Position numbers and translations under genes: made by a program
IMG/VR virus record: IMGVR_UViG_3300031953_000001
DNA from: a virus
Taxonomy: Duplodnaviria; Caudoviricetes
Length of the DNA stretch: 64,000 bases
Strand: one strand, 5' to 3'
In this document: positions 48,868-59,218 of the stretch, piece after piece
Numbering within the stretch: the stretch's first letter is position 1
How the letters are laid out: each line of letters opens with the position of its first letter
Notes under the pieces: model-generated
What the model was told of the DNA's origin: nothing
What the model saw: only the letters and a program-made list of their open reading frames with translations
Databases searched by the model: none

Positions 48868-49566
48868 TTGACAATGTCCGAGGAGATTCACAAGATCCTC
48901 TCCCTAGATGATCGCGGAGTACCCGAAGCCCGAGACGCCCCTGCAAAACTGTTTCGAGGTATCTTGTACGACGTGCGAATCGAGCGGATGACTTGGGATC
49001 GATTGATGCGCGATTTCTTAACCAATCCCCGCAGTGGGATTCCCGATAACCCCACCAAACGCTCCAGCGAGCGCAGTAACCTGAACCGCGCCTTGGCCAA
49101 ACCGAACATCACATGGAAGATGTTTCGTAAAGCCATTCAGGTACTTAACCCCAAAAGCGTATCCTACGAATTGGAAATTGTCTGGTCTAAAGACTACATC
49201 TTCCCGAATGAGAAGCCCCATACTCTGAGTTACAGCCCGCAAGCCAAAGAGAACGAGCTGGCGCAGATGTTTCGGATCTTGAACCGAGATCTTGGGATCA
49301 CTCCGCAAATCTGGAAACGGTTGGTGGAGAGGTACTTGGATTCGGTGAGTAACCGGGTTCGTGACAACCCACCGGATCGGTCCACGGTGCGGGGAAATCT
49401 AAGCAAGGCCTTGTTGGCCAAAGACGAGTTTACTTGGTCGACATTCTGTAAGGGCATGCGGATCTTGGGGATTAAAGAGGCCACGTTGACGGTGACTCTG
49501 CATTGGTCTAAGAAAGCCACCCAACACAGACACCACTTCACTACCGGGATTGGAACTAAAGAATGA
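48868..49566 (+). CDS. hypothetical protein with internally duplicated domain
   Basis: Two copies of W.RL...(F/Y)L...NP..RS..R.NL..AL...TW..F.K....L. Confidence 0.65.
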   Translation: MTMSEEIHKILSLDDRGVPEARDAPAKLFRGILYDVRIERMTWDRLMRDFLTNPRSGIPDNPTKRSSERSNLNRALAKPNITWKMFRKAIQVLNPKSVSYELEIVWSKDYIFPNEKPHTLSYSPQAKENELAQMFRILNRDLGITPQIWKRLVERYLDSVSNRVRDNPPDRSTVRGNLSKALLAKDEFTWSTFCKGMRILGIKEATLTVTLHWSKKATQHRHHFTTGIGTKE

Positions 49567-50018
49567 CTAAGATCGATCACACGCAAGATGGGGTCACGCA
49601 TATCTGTGTGGGGCCAAACGGAAAGACAACGCTGGGGCGTCTTCTGTACATCGGGGCACATCGACCGTTCGTTGATCCTCAGTATGGATTCTTTGCCAGT
49701 GTCATTGCGTTTTGGGTCTGGTACGACAGCGGTCGTCACGACTCTTTGCGCGAGATTCATCACGACACTATGATTCGCTCCAGTTTGAGCGGTCTGCCGG
49801 ATATACCCGGTAACCGTCAAGAAGTCATGGGGGTTCTTAACCGCAGCATCAAACAGGACACAACCTTGGCGACCCAACTGGCTCAATCAACTCTGCCCTT
49901 AGTGGCGTATGAGACGATTGAGTACGAGGGACGTCAAGCGCCTGTCAGCTACCCGTTGCCAGATCGCGAGTGGTACGTGCACGTGTTAGAGAAGATACGC
50001 CACGAACTTCAGGCGTAG
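49563..50018 (+). CDS. hypothetical protein
   Basis: ATGA overlap with the upstream gene; 151 aa. Confidence 0.6.
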   Translation: MTKIDHTQDGVTHICVGPNGKTTLGRLLYIGAHRPFVDPQYGFFASVIAFWVWYDSGRHDSLREIHHDTMIRSSLSGLPDIPGNRQEVMGVLNRSIKQDTTLATQLAQSTLPLVAYETIEYEGRQAPVSYPLPDREWYVHVLEKIRHELQA

Positions 50019-50031
50019 ATGAATTGGCTGT

Positions 50032-50053
50032 GGGGAGGGCTTCGGCTCTCCCC
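50032..50053 (+). terminator. terminator-like hairpin
   Basis: GGGGAGGGC-TTCG-GCTCTCCCC. Confidence 0.65.
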
Positions 50054-50114
50054 TATGCCGTCATTTTATGACACGTCCATTATTTTTTCTGAGCGTAAGT
50101 AGCGGGAGAGCATT

Positions 50115-51329
50115 ATGATTAAAGTCACTGGTCGGGGGTCACGCTCGTTGGGGACGGGTAAAAACGTATCCGGTGCGGCCGACACGTTTGTAGAGACAGG
50201 ACCCAAAGACGAATTGACCACGGTGGATGCTTACGCAGGGTCCTTACCCAACGATCGCCCTGTAAGTATAGATAGTGCCTCCACAACGAGCGCTCAAGCC
50301 GTAACCTCCACCGATGGGGGGGATAGCATCAGTGAACGACTCAGTGGCTCTGGAGGCACCTCAGAGCGTGTAACGGCTACTCTCTGGGAAGCCTTATTGT
50401 GCGGCTCACTCAGTCCCAACGCCGAATCCGATGGTAACCGTCGAGCTCGGATGAATCGTCTGGCGCTGTGGATGCGATCCACGGGATGTGGGGCTGAGAA
50501 TCTGATTGGATTGTTGGCCGTAGAAGGAGGTCGTGCGGGCATCAATCGTGAGGAGTTGCAACGGCGCTTAGATGCAGCTTTGGACAACTCGATCGCGGTG
50601 TTGGATGAGGAAGAACGCGACAACCTGATCAACCTGCTGGCTGAAACCACCGGTTCTGATCCTGGGGTGATTCGAGCGTCTATGAACGCCGGGGCTGAGT
50701 ACAGTGAATTGCCGGTGTCGGAGCGAGAAGAAACCGAGCGCTTCTCTGAGCTGTTAGGGCAATACGCGGGGGTGAACGACGCCGTTCAGATCTTAGACTT
50801 GCATGCCGAGGCGGCCATTTTGGATTCGTTGGTCAGTAAGGCCATCGCCTTAGGTTTGCCTCAAGCGTACGATTCCATTTTAGACCAGATACAAGATGAC
50901 ACCCTAAAAACACGGGTAGCGTTAAGATCGTTGCGTCAAGCGGCTTTGATGAGTAATCTGGAGACCGTGCAAAAGACGGTGGACCGCACTGGGCGCTCTC
51001 AAGCCTTGGCCGAGGTACCGGATTTGATCTCGTTGATTTTGCAGTTCTACAACTGGGGCGCCCGCACTACCGCGGGACAATACCCAGAAAAGCGTACCCA
51101 ACTGCTGGAGACCTTGGCGGCGGTCGATCCCAATTGGGCCAAACACCAACGACGTGGTGTGTGGGTGGACAATCTAGAACCCTTTACCAACGCATCGCAT
51201 CAGGCCTTGACTTTGTTAAAAGATTCCCCATACGCGGTACAGGCTATGATCGCCCAACCGTTTGTGGAGATAGACTACCGCAGTGTAGCACGCAAGTACC
51301 ATCCCTGGGCTTTAGACTTTACCGCCTAG
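50115..51329 (+). CDS. probable virion structural protein
   Basis: 404-aa ORF next to tail genes; GGGAG SD. Confidence 0.55.
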   Translation: MIKVTGRGSRSLGTGKNVSGAADTFVETGPKDELTTVDAYAGSLPNDRPVSIDSASTTSAQAVTSTDGGDSISERLSGSGGTSERVTATLWEALLCGSLSPNAESDGNRRARMNRLALWMRSTGCGAENLIGLLAVEGGRAGINREELQRRLDAALDNSIAVLDEEERDNLINLLAETTGSDPGVIRASMNAGAEYSELPVSEREETERFSELLGQYAGVNDAVQILDLHAEAAILDSLVSKAIALGLPQAYDSILDQIQDDTLKTRVALRSLRQAALMSNLETVQKTVDRTGRSQALAEVPDLISLILQFYNWGARTTAGQYPEKRTQLLETLAAVDPNWAKHQRRGVWVDNLEPFTNASHQALTLLKDSPYAVQAMIAQPFVEIDYRSVARKYHPWALDFTA

Positions 51330-51337
51330 ACGGCATA

Positions 51338-51373
51338 GGAGGAGGGCTCTTGCCCCCCTCCTGTTTTTTTTTT
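51338..51373 (+). terminator. intrinsic terminator
   Basis: GC-rich hairpin followed by T10. Confidence 0.8.
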
Positions 51374-51376
51374 GTT

Positions 51377-53344
51377 TTAGCGAGACGCTTCCCTGGCAAA
51401 GGCGTTTAACATTTGTCCGGGGATGGTGTTCGCTGCCCACATACCGTACTTAGCCGGTGACGACCACTGGCGCCAACTGGCCATCTTCCGGGTCAGACTC
51501 AACCGTAAACGAGACCCTGCGTAAAACTGATCCGCTAACGACAAGCTGCCTAAGACGGCTAGGTAGTCGGTGTAGGCGTTGTCCTCATCAAAGATGCCTG
51601 GAGAGGCGTTCATGGGCATGTGCAAAATGCTGGACAGATCCAACACCGAGAAGGTGACGTCTATACCCAACGGCTCTTGGTTGCGAGTCCAACCCACGTT
51701 ACCCACACCACGGGTGATCTGCAAGCTGTCAATCACACCCAATCGAACCTGCTGGCGGCCTTTGTCAAAGATCTCCACTAAGAACGGCGAGTCGTACGAA
51801 TGCTTACCCGTAGACTTCGGTAACGCACCGGCTAGGATCATGCTCAAGGGCACGTACAGATTCATAAACCGAGACATCTTGTTGCCGTACGGGGTACGCA
51901 GGTGCATGGTGTAAGTGGACTTAGGCAGATCCGCGGTGGAGTTTTGCCACACTTGTGGGATGTCCACAAAAGCGTTGCCCATCAAAGCCCCAAGACCTGA
52001 GACCCCAAGCGACTCGCCCACGCCTCCAACAAACTCTTTTGCTGAGTTAAGTACCCCCCCAACCAAAGCCCCCACGGCGCCGTCGGAGATGTTGCCATCG
52101 GCAAAGCTGAATCGTCCTGAACGTGCACCGGACGACATGCCGTTGATCTTACTGGCAATTTGAGATTCACCAGCGGAGTTGCTAAACGATTCTCCGATGT
52201 CACCGGTGTGGTTGACTCGGAACGTGGCGAACTGACTGCCGTCTCGAATCTCCGCTTCGGCGAATTCGATGAAACTTGAAAACCAACTGGCGTTCTCCTC
52301 AGGCTTATCGAAAATCCCTTTCTCCATGCTGTCGCCTGCGGTGCTCCCTTCCTTAGGGGTACCCGGGGCTTGATCCATCCAATGCGCCAAGTAAGTCTGC
52401 GCACCAGGATCGACTCCCGGAATGGCTTCGAACTGATGGGCTGGGACTTTCATGGTCGTCACTTCATTGATGTGGTCGATCATGTTCCCTTGCAGGTCAC
52501 CAACGGTCTCGGTTTTGGCGATGACATCGTTTAACTTCTCCCGCGCTCGATCTGCCAGACGCTGTGCTCGACTGGCCACAGCGTAGACATCGATGCCCCC
52601 ACCTTCGTGATAAATGTCTGGCAGTAAGTTGTGGTACGCGGCTATGTCGTCTGGACCGTAAGTGGCGCCGTCGTTTTGATCCACGATGGCGCCTGAGTTG
52701 TATTCCTCCCCTTCCGCGGCGTCGTCTGGACGAGTGGCGGTGGCTTGGTTTTTATCCGAGGCAAACACCCGCGGGATGATGCCCATGTTCACCGCTATGC
52801 CGTTGGCAATCGAGTTGACGGCGCTCCAGTACAGCGGCATCGCCGGTTTGAGGTAATAGAACTTACTGGACGGTTTGCGGGCCAAGTAACGGTACACGCG
52901 ACCTGCCATGATCAGGGGGAGCAAGGGTAGCGTCACCACAAACCCACTGACTCGACCTAGGTTGTAAAAGAACCCTGGACTGCGCCCGGTACGAGACAAG
53001 ATAGAGGCACCTGAATCGTAGAACCCGGTAAAGAACGTCATCAACGAATTGAACTGAGGCAAACCAAACCGCATGTGGATCAGCTGGCCGTTGTCGTCGA
53101 TGGCTTCGCTGTACTTACGGCCCATGCCTTTTGAGCGCCCACCGCGGACATTAACCTTCAGATCCGCAGTGCGTGTGAATTGGGGTGGGGGGTTGATTGC
53201 AAAGTTGCCCCCCAGGGTGGTGTCTGTGAACTTGGAATAAGCACCGCTGAGTCGAGACCGTTGAGCGGCCATCTGATCCGCCGCGTGGGACGGAATCATA
53301 AAACTGGATTTAACCCATTTACTGTCTTCAATTGGGCTGGTCAT
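51377..53344 (-). CDS. virion tail/baseplate protein (phiKZ gp182-like by synteny)
   Basis: 655 aa, directly downstream of the gp181-like gene. Confidence 0.6.
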   Translation of the reverse strand: MTSPIEDSKWVKSSFMIPSHAADQMAAQRSRLSGAYSKFTDTTLGGNFAINPPPQFTRTADLKVNVRGGRSKGMGRKYSEAIDDNGQLIHMRFGLPQFNSLMTFFTGFYDSGASILSRTGRSPGFFYNLGRVSGFVVTLPLLPLIMAGRVYRYLARKPSSKFYYLKPAMPLYWSAVNSIANGIAVNMGIIPRVFASDKNQATATRPDDAAEGEEYNSGAIVDQNDGATYGPDDIAAYHNLLPDIYHEGGGIDVYAVASRAQRLADRAREKLNDVIAKTETVGDLQGNMIDHINEVTTMKVPAHQFEAIPGVDPGAQTYLAHWMDQAPGTPKEGSTAGDSMEKGIFDKPEENASWFSSFIEFAEAEIRDGSQFATFRVNHTGDIGESFSNSAGESQIASKINGMSSGARSGRFSFADGNISDGAVGALVGGVLNSAKEFVGGVGESLGVSGLGALMGNAFVDIPQVWQNSTADLPKSTYTMHLRTPYGNKMSRFMNLYVPLSMILAGALPKSTGKHSYDSPFLVEIFDKGRQQVRLGVIDSLQITRGVGNVGWTRNQEPLGIDVTFSVLDLSSILHMPMNASPGIFDEDNAYTDYLAVLGSLSLADQFYAGSRLRLSLTRKMASWRQWSSPAKYGMWAANTIPGQMLNAFAREASR

Positions 53345-53360
53345 GGGGACTCCTACTGAG

Positions 53361-53389
53361 AAAAAGACTGGGGGCCCGAAGACCCCCAG
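53361..53389 (-). terminator. intrinsic terminator
   Basis: CTGGGGGTC-TTCG-GGCCCCCAG followed by TCTTTTTC on the minus strand. Confidence 0.75.
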
Positions 53390-53399
53390 AGTCGTTTCA

Positions 53400-56300
53400 T
53401 TACGTCAAAGGCACACCCGCCGGTAGAGGTTTGTCAGACTCACCTCCGCTCCGACTCAAGGTGCCCCGACCACTGGCCGGTTGCTTGCGGGTTTCCAGGT
53501 CCCGTTGTTTCTTGTGGTCTTGGAAGTACGCGTTGATTTCCTTAAGCGAGTGATCCATGCTTTGCTGCGTCGTGTGACTGGCGGTTAGAACGGTGACCAT
53601 CCGAGACATTTCCTCAGACATCCGCACGCTGGCGGTGTTGGCTTGCACCGCCGTTTGACGGGCGATCCGTTCTTGCCGGGCGCGTTGCGACACAGCGCGG
53701 TCCGATGCGCCGTCGGTGACCTCGATTTGACGGCCTTGTGACATAGCCTCGCTTTCTGCGGCCAGACGTGCTTCGGTCGATTTCTCAACCCAAGGGTCGG
53801 AGATACCGGACGCTGCTGCGATAGGTACCTTTGAAGCACTCTGAGAGGCTGCTGGTACAGGACTTGTTACTATCCTAACCGGACGCCCATTGCGATTTGT
53901 CTTAGGCGCCACAGCTCTCTGAGTGGCCTTCATCGCTGCACTCGCAGAAACCACAGCTTCAGGCGTTGGTCGATTGCCCGTGCGTCTATCGGTTTCCGCT
54001 TCCGCCAGTGCGTCGGTGCGATCGGCTTCTGAGGGTGGGGGTAGGGTCTTGAGTGCTTTCTCAAGCTCCTCGTTGACCTTCTCCACCCCTGGAAGACGCG
54101 ACACGGCGACGAACGGCGATACTGAGCCATACGGCATCTGGTCGCCTTTGAACTGGGTCCGGCGCAAGTAACTGCGTTTAAGGTCCGAGTCCATGTCGTC
54201 GGTTTCCGTCAAGTCAGCCGAGCCTGTCATGTCTTTCGCTATCACAGCGTGACTTAAGTACACCGGCTTAAACCTTTCTTGAAACCACATCAACCAGCGA
54301 CTGACTGCGACTTGATCGCTGATGTCCACGCCGAAGTCGTCCATAACCTCTTCCAGATCGATGCCTTTACCCAAAGTGGCTAAGCGCTTGCCGTCGAACT
54401 GAACTTCGTCTTCCATGGCGTCTTCCACCAACGCGATCTGACCGACCTGATCTTTGTCGTCCGGGTTGGCGCCGTATTGCGCTAACCGCACCCGATGCAA
54501 GGGACCGTCAGGCTGCCGTGAAAAGTGACGGTACGCAAGGTAACCGCCCACTCCTACAGCTGCGACTGCGCCTGCGGCTAAAACCACCGGTGCGCTGAGC
54601 ACACTGGCGGCCGCTGACCCCAGACCTAACAGCGCCTTACCAGCACCGATCGCTAACGCCTTACCGCCCATCAAAGCTGCGGGTATCGCAAACTTAGCCG
54701 CCGTGCCGATACCTCGACCCACTGAACCACCGACTTTCTTAAGACCGCCCCACAAACGCCCCAATTTACTGGTAGGACGCGCAGGAGGAGTAGCCGGCGG
54801 ACGTGCGCCGGGCAGTAAGCCGCCAGCCACATCCAGACCTGCACCCACAGCCGCGGCACCGGCGCCGCCCAAACCGAGCATGCCTTTTAGCTTATCCAAC
54901 ATACCGCCACCGGCAGAGTCTCGGTCTCGGGCTTTGGCCTTCTCTCGAGCCGACCTGGGTGCAGACGACGCTTCTTGATCGTCGCCGTACAGCTGCGACC
55001 GCCAGCCGCCTTTGCGCAGCGGCTTTTCCATCCGGTCATCCAGTATGTCACGGATCTCTTTCAACAGCGACACTTGCTGTTTACTGGACGATCCCAACAA
55101 ACTAAACCCTCCGCCTTCCTCAGCCTCGCCACCGCCACCGCCACGGGTTAAGTTAAAGGCACCCTTGGCCAAACCGCCCATGGCTTTGTAAGCCCCAGAC
55201 AGATAACCGGTCACGCCCTTAACCACGCCCTTGACAGCACTCTTAGCCCCACTGAGAAGTCCTCGGATGGCTTTGCCGCGCCAATCGGTCAGTCCTTGTT
55301 GAATGTCGGCGTGCGATAACACCACGTTGCCCTGTCGGTCTTTGACCTCACCGTCTATGTCTCGGAGGCTGTTGATCACTTTACCACTGGCGGCGGATAC
55401 GTAACCGCCGTTTTTCATGATCACCGCTAAGAGCCGAGGTTTGTTTTCCCCTTTGACGTATATGTCTCTGGGACGAGTGAGCCAACTTTTGCCGGTACTG
55501 AGTACAGAGCCCGCCACTGAAAACATTGCCCGATAAGGCGACGTCATGGCGCTGGTCAAGCCGCCCGTAAGCGACTTGATGCGATCCATCACGGACGCGC
55601 CTTCACGATTGACCAGAAGACCTTCGTCTAAATCGTACTGACTGATCACCACGTCGCCTTTGTCGTCGATGACTGGACCTGTGATCTCATCAATGCGTTG
55701 GACTATGTCTCCGGTTTGCTGATCGAAGTAACGACCCAACCGCAGATCGCGAGCCAGCATGACGGGTCGGTTTTGTCCTTGAAGGTAAATGTCCATGACC
55801 CCGTCGCTTTCTGAGCGACCGCCTGAGAACATCTTCCCCGCAAGGTTGCCCAACATGCCGGTACCGCCTTTGGCCAGATTACCGACCGACGACCAGACCC
55901 CACCGTAAAAGCTCATGATACCACCGACGCCCGATGCGGCGCCTCGCCCTAACCGTTTAAGCATGCCCGGTTCGGTAGACGCTCCGGCCATCTCGGCCAA
56001 CGTCAGGTTCTCAATGGAGGTTTGCAGTTGTTCCGTCTTACGGTCTAGGTGCGACATCAGTTGATCCAACAATCCCTGAGCGCGTGCCCAGTAACCGTCG
56101 CCGCTGTCACCGCCTGTGCCGTCGTTATCAGAACCACCACCATCACCGCCGCCGGATGAGATCATGCGCCGCTGCACCTGCTCCACCACCCGATTTAAGA
56201 CGTCTCGACCCAACTGCGCTGAGGCTTTTGATTTCTGAGCGACTTTCTCACTCAGTTCGCCGCCTGCGATGTTGAGTCTGGTCATGACCGTGTCTGTGGT

Positions 56301-59168
56301 GTCGGCACCCAACACGCTTAACTGCTGCGTCTTGTCCGACAACCCAGACCGCAGTTGCCGTCCTTTGTCTTTCCCACGGTTCAGCAGATCGCTCAGTTGT
56401 TGACGCGAATCCTCGTCGGGTAGGTGCCCTTGCAGGTACTTCTTAATGTCCCCCATCTTTGAGTCGTAACGCTGATCGTTCATAGACACAGACGCACTGC
56501 CGGCCACTCGACCCATCCCTGTGTCCATCGACTGTCCATACACCGTGCTGTCTTCCCCGACTGCCGAGGCTCGAGCTTGTGCCCCGCCAAACATGCTTTT
56601 CATTTTTACAGGAAGCATGTTCAGTTCTCGGCGACCGCGCGCAGCGTCTAATTGCGACACTGACCCTCGGGTTGACCCTAAGACATCACCCCACCGATCT
56701 TGTTGTCGCTCAGTCAGACCGGTACGAGCGTTTTTAGGTTGATCTCGACGTGAAGGACCTTGGGGTCCAGAGGGACCGCCACTAGGACCACCGCCAGGAC
56801 CGCCACCTAGACTGTCTTTCAAGAGGGTGTATATGTCTTTCAACCAGCGTGCGTTCAGATCCAGATGTTTCAGCGGGTTGATCTTCCCGATGGCGTCTAG
56901 GACGTGTTCGAATTGTCTCCGGAGGTCGTCGCTTCTTTGAACCTCCACAAGTCGTTCCAGAACCCCCACAACTCGATCAAGACCCCGAGGGTCAACGCCA
57001 GAGCCGCCACCAAGACCGTGACGGCCAAACGACCCACCCGTCTCGTCCTCAGCTGCACCATCGCGACGACGTACGTCAGATACCTCATCCGTCGGTTCTC
57101 CTCGATTGGACGTTTCGCCCAGGTTGATGTAATCCAAGATACTGGCCGTGTCGGCTCGCGTCTCTCCTGGGGCTTGATCCTGGGTCACCAGTCCCGCTTC
57201 TCTGAGCGTTCTGGCGCCGTATAAAGGCATCAGTCGAGCAATGGTCTCCTGGTAGTTGGGTATGTCTTCTTTAGCCCGGTTAAAGACCCGCGCGGAGTCG
57301 GATCTTAACGCCACCGCGTGTCGGTCGTATTTGCGGAAGCCCCCGTCGTCTCGAAGAAACCCTTCTTTGATCAGGTGGCGTATTTCTCCGACCAAGTCCT
57401 CATCGGCGACTTCGTACAAACCACCCGGCTCAAAGTAACGGACAGGGTCGAACCTGCGTCCTTGAGACGCATCGCTCAACATCTGCCGAGTAAAGGCCAT
57501 CCGAGCGTCGTCCGACAAACGGCGGTCTGGGTCTATGCGATCGACAATGGTAGTCAGATCGTCACGGATCGATTCCATCCGACCTTCGGGTAATGCCCGC
57601 TTAACCAACCGACGTTGCGTGGCGCCTTGGGTGCTGATCTCACCGGTTTCAAAATCGAACCCACGTCTGGGAGTGCTGGCGTCTGAAGTGCGCATCATCT
57701 CCGTTTCGTGCAAGATCTCACCCAAGAGTCCGGGGATGATCTCAGTGATCGACTTGTCCGCTAAGCTGGTGTAAGGCGATGCTTCGCTGGCCAACTCAGT
57801 GGCGTCTCGACCAAACGATGCTTCTGGTGATTTGCTGCCCATGAACCCAAGCATCATCTCAGCCAAACTGCCTTTAGTCGCATCCACAGCTCCGCCAAAG
57901 CCGGTGCGTTCCATGCTGTCGCGTTGACCCATCAGGTAATCGCGAACCATCTCAGACTTGTTGTCGCTGTAATACTCCAGGTTGTTGCCAATCCGAGAGA
58001 CGGTGTCGTTGCGACCCAAGGTCATGCCAAGCTTCTTAGCCAAGGCCGCCATGCCACTGGAGCCCGCCACATCGCCACCAATCTGACCGCCGAGTTCGGC
58101 TTGGTCGATGGGAACGTCGTCTACCATGTCCATGGTGTTGGACGCGGAGCGAATGCCCTCAGCAAAGTTCCCAGTGACGTTACCCACCGCCTTCGTCAGT
58201 TTCTCTTTTAAGCCCGCGGTTTTGTTTTGAACCATACCGCCGACTTTACCCAACATCCGTTCACGCAACATCGCCCGTGCGGCTTCGTTGGTCTGGGTCT
58301 TGACAAACTCCGGCATAGCGGTGTTCTTGACCACCGCGTTCAGATGTTCATTGGTCTGCTTAACAAACGCCTGACTTAAGGCATAATGGTCCCGAGCAAC
58401 AAAGAACTGTCTGTATTGAAGTTCCAAAGACTTGCGTTGATAAGATGCGGTTACGCGGTCTTGATAATCCACCAGCCGCTCAACACCCGAACGCATCATG
58501 TTCAACAGATTGGATTCGGTCTTCCAACGGGCTTCACTGATCAGGTCTTCTTTGAACCGCTCGCCGTTGTCGCGCTGGTCGCGCTGCATGGCCAGGTCTA
58601 ACTGAGCGCCCAACAGATTGCGAGTGCGGACCTCACTGCGTAACCGCTTGGATTGATCGTCTTTCTGTTTCTGTGATTGATCGGCCAAGAAGTCCCCGAA
58701 GACTTCGGACACCGCTGAGGTCATCTCTACCTTATTCAGATCGATCTGCGCCAGACGTTCGTCGACCACATCCTCAGGTGCAACCAACTCCTCCAATCGA
58801 GCCTGAAGGCCCGGTGGAAAGATGTCTTTGGTTTTTCCAGCGACGTAACGACCGATTTTCTTCAGGTCACGTCGTACGGGGACAAGGTTTTCTCTCGCCG
58901 TATCGTATAGATCCTGGCCAAGATCGACCGCACTTTCAGCGTCTCCGACCGCTTTGCCATAACCCGCCGGTAAGGCGTTGCGGATCATCTCTCGCTGATT
59001 GCTGCGGTTGAGCGCAGCGGTTTTCAAGCCGTTGTAAAAGCCACCGGTAACTTTATCGATGGGGGTGCGTTTGTCGTTACCCCCATCCAGCATTGAATCG
59101 TCAAAATCTGGAATGTCGAGATCGTCATCCAGGTCTGGCTTATCGAGATCTGGGTCTTTACTGGCCAT
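53400..59168 (-). CDS. very large tail protein, tape-measure/phiKZ gp181-like
   Basis: About 1920 aa from ATG 59168 (AAGGAG SD); helical and Gly/Ala-rich; two DIY..G...P..LA repeats; divergent from the vRNAP beta' gene as in phiKZ. Confidence 0.75.
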   Translation of the reverse strand: MASKDPDLDKPDLDDDLDIPDFDDSMLDGGNDKRTPIDKVTGGFYNGLKTAALNRSNQREMIRNALPAGYGKAVGDAESAVDLGQDLYDTARENLVPVRRDLKKIGRYVAGKTKDIFPPGLQARLEELVAPEDVVDERLAQIDLNKVEMTSAVSEVFGDFLADQSQKQKDDQSKRLRSEVRTRNLLGAQLDLAMQRDQRDNGERFKEDLISEARWKTESNLLNMMRSGVERLVDYQDRVTASYQRKSLELQYRQFFVARDHYALSQAFVKQTNEHLNAVVKNTAMPEFVKTQTNEAARAMLRERMLGKVGGMVQNKTAGLKEKLTKAVGNVTGNFAEGIRSASNTMDMVDDVPIDQAELGGQIGGDVAGSSGMAALAKKLGMTLGRNDTVSRIGNNLEYYSDNKSEMVRDYLMGQRDSMERTGFGGAVDATKGSLAEMMLGFMGSKSPEASFGRDATELASEASPYTSLADKSITEIIPGLLGEILHETEMMRTSDASTPRRGFDFETGEISTQGATQRRLVKRALPEGRMESIRDDLTTIVDRIDPDRRLSDDARMAFTRQMLSDASQGRRFDPVRYFEPGGLYEVADEDLVGEIRHLIKEGFLRDDGGFRKYDRHAVALRSDSARVFNRAKEDIPNYQETIARLMPLYGARTLREAGLVTQDQAPGETRADTASILDYINLGETSNRGEPTDEVSDVRRRDGAAEDETGGSFGRHGLGGGSGVDPRGLDRVVGVLERLVEVQRSDDLRRQFEHVLDAIGKINPLKHLDLNARWLKDIYTLLKDSLGGGPGGGPSGGPSGPQGPSRRDQPKNARTGLTERQQDRWGDVLGSTRGSVSQLDAARGRRELNMLPVKMKSMFGGAQARASAVGEDSTVYGQSMDTGMGRVAGSASVSMNDQRYDSKMGDIKKYLQGHLPDEDSRQQLSDLLNRGKDKGRQLRSGLSDKTQQLSVLGADTTDTVMTRLNIAGGELSEKVAQKSKASAQLGRDVLNRVVEQVQRRMISSGGGDGGGSDNDGTGGDSGDGYWARAQGLLDQLMSHLDRKTEQLQTSIENLTLAEMAGASTEPGMLKRLGRGAASGVGGIMSFYGGVWSSVGNLAKGGTGMLGNLAGKMFSGGRSESDGVMDIYLQGQNRPVMLARDLRLGRYFDQQTGDIVQRIDEITGPVIDDKGDVVISQYDLDEGLLVNREGASVMDRIKSLTGGLTSAMTSPYRAMFSVAGSVLSTGKSWLTRPRDIYVKGENKPRLLAVIMKNGGYVSAASGKVINSLRDIDGEVKDRQGNVVLSHADIQQGLTDWRGKAIRGLLSGAKSAVKGVVKGVTGYLSGAYKAMGGLAKGAFNLTRGGGGGEAEEGGGFSLLGSSSKQQVSLLKEIRDILDDRMEKPLRKGGWRSQLYGDDQEASSAPRSAREKAKARDRDSAGGGMLDKLKGMLGLGGAGAAAVGAGLDVAGGLLPGARPPATPPARPTSKLGRLWGGLKKVGGSVGRGIGTAAKFAIPAALMGGKALAIGAGKALLGLGSAAASVLSAPVVLAAGAVAAVGVGGYLAYRHFSRQPDGPLHRVRLAQYGANPDDKDQVGQIALVEDAMEDEVQFDGKRLATLGKGIDLEEVMDDFGVDISDQVAVSRWLMWFQERFKPVYLSHAVIAKDMTGSADLTETDDMDSDLKRSYLRRTQFKGDQMPYGSVSPFVAVSRLPGVEKVNEELEKALKTLPPPSEADRTDALAEAETDRRTGNRPTPEAVVSASAAMKATQRAVAPKTNRNGRPVRIVTSPVPAASQSASKVPIAAASGISDPWVEKSTEARLAAESEAMSQGRQIEVTDGASDRAVSQRARQERIARQTAVQANTASVRMSEEMSRMVTVLTASHTTQQSMDHSLKEINAYFQDHKKQRDLETRKQPASGRGTLSRSGGESDKPLPAGVPLT

Positions 59169-59218
59169 GAGCTCGCTCCTTTTAACTTGTGTCATAGGAT
59201 TCGAAATGGTGACCATCG

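Noticed and set aside
56100-56810. Gly-rich repeats (GGGPGGGPSGGPSG; GGGDGGGS) as a collagen-like or mobile repeat
   Set aside because: Short, in-frame low-complexity linkers within the tail protein, with no sustained Gly-X-Y period.
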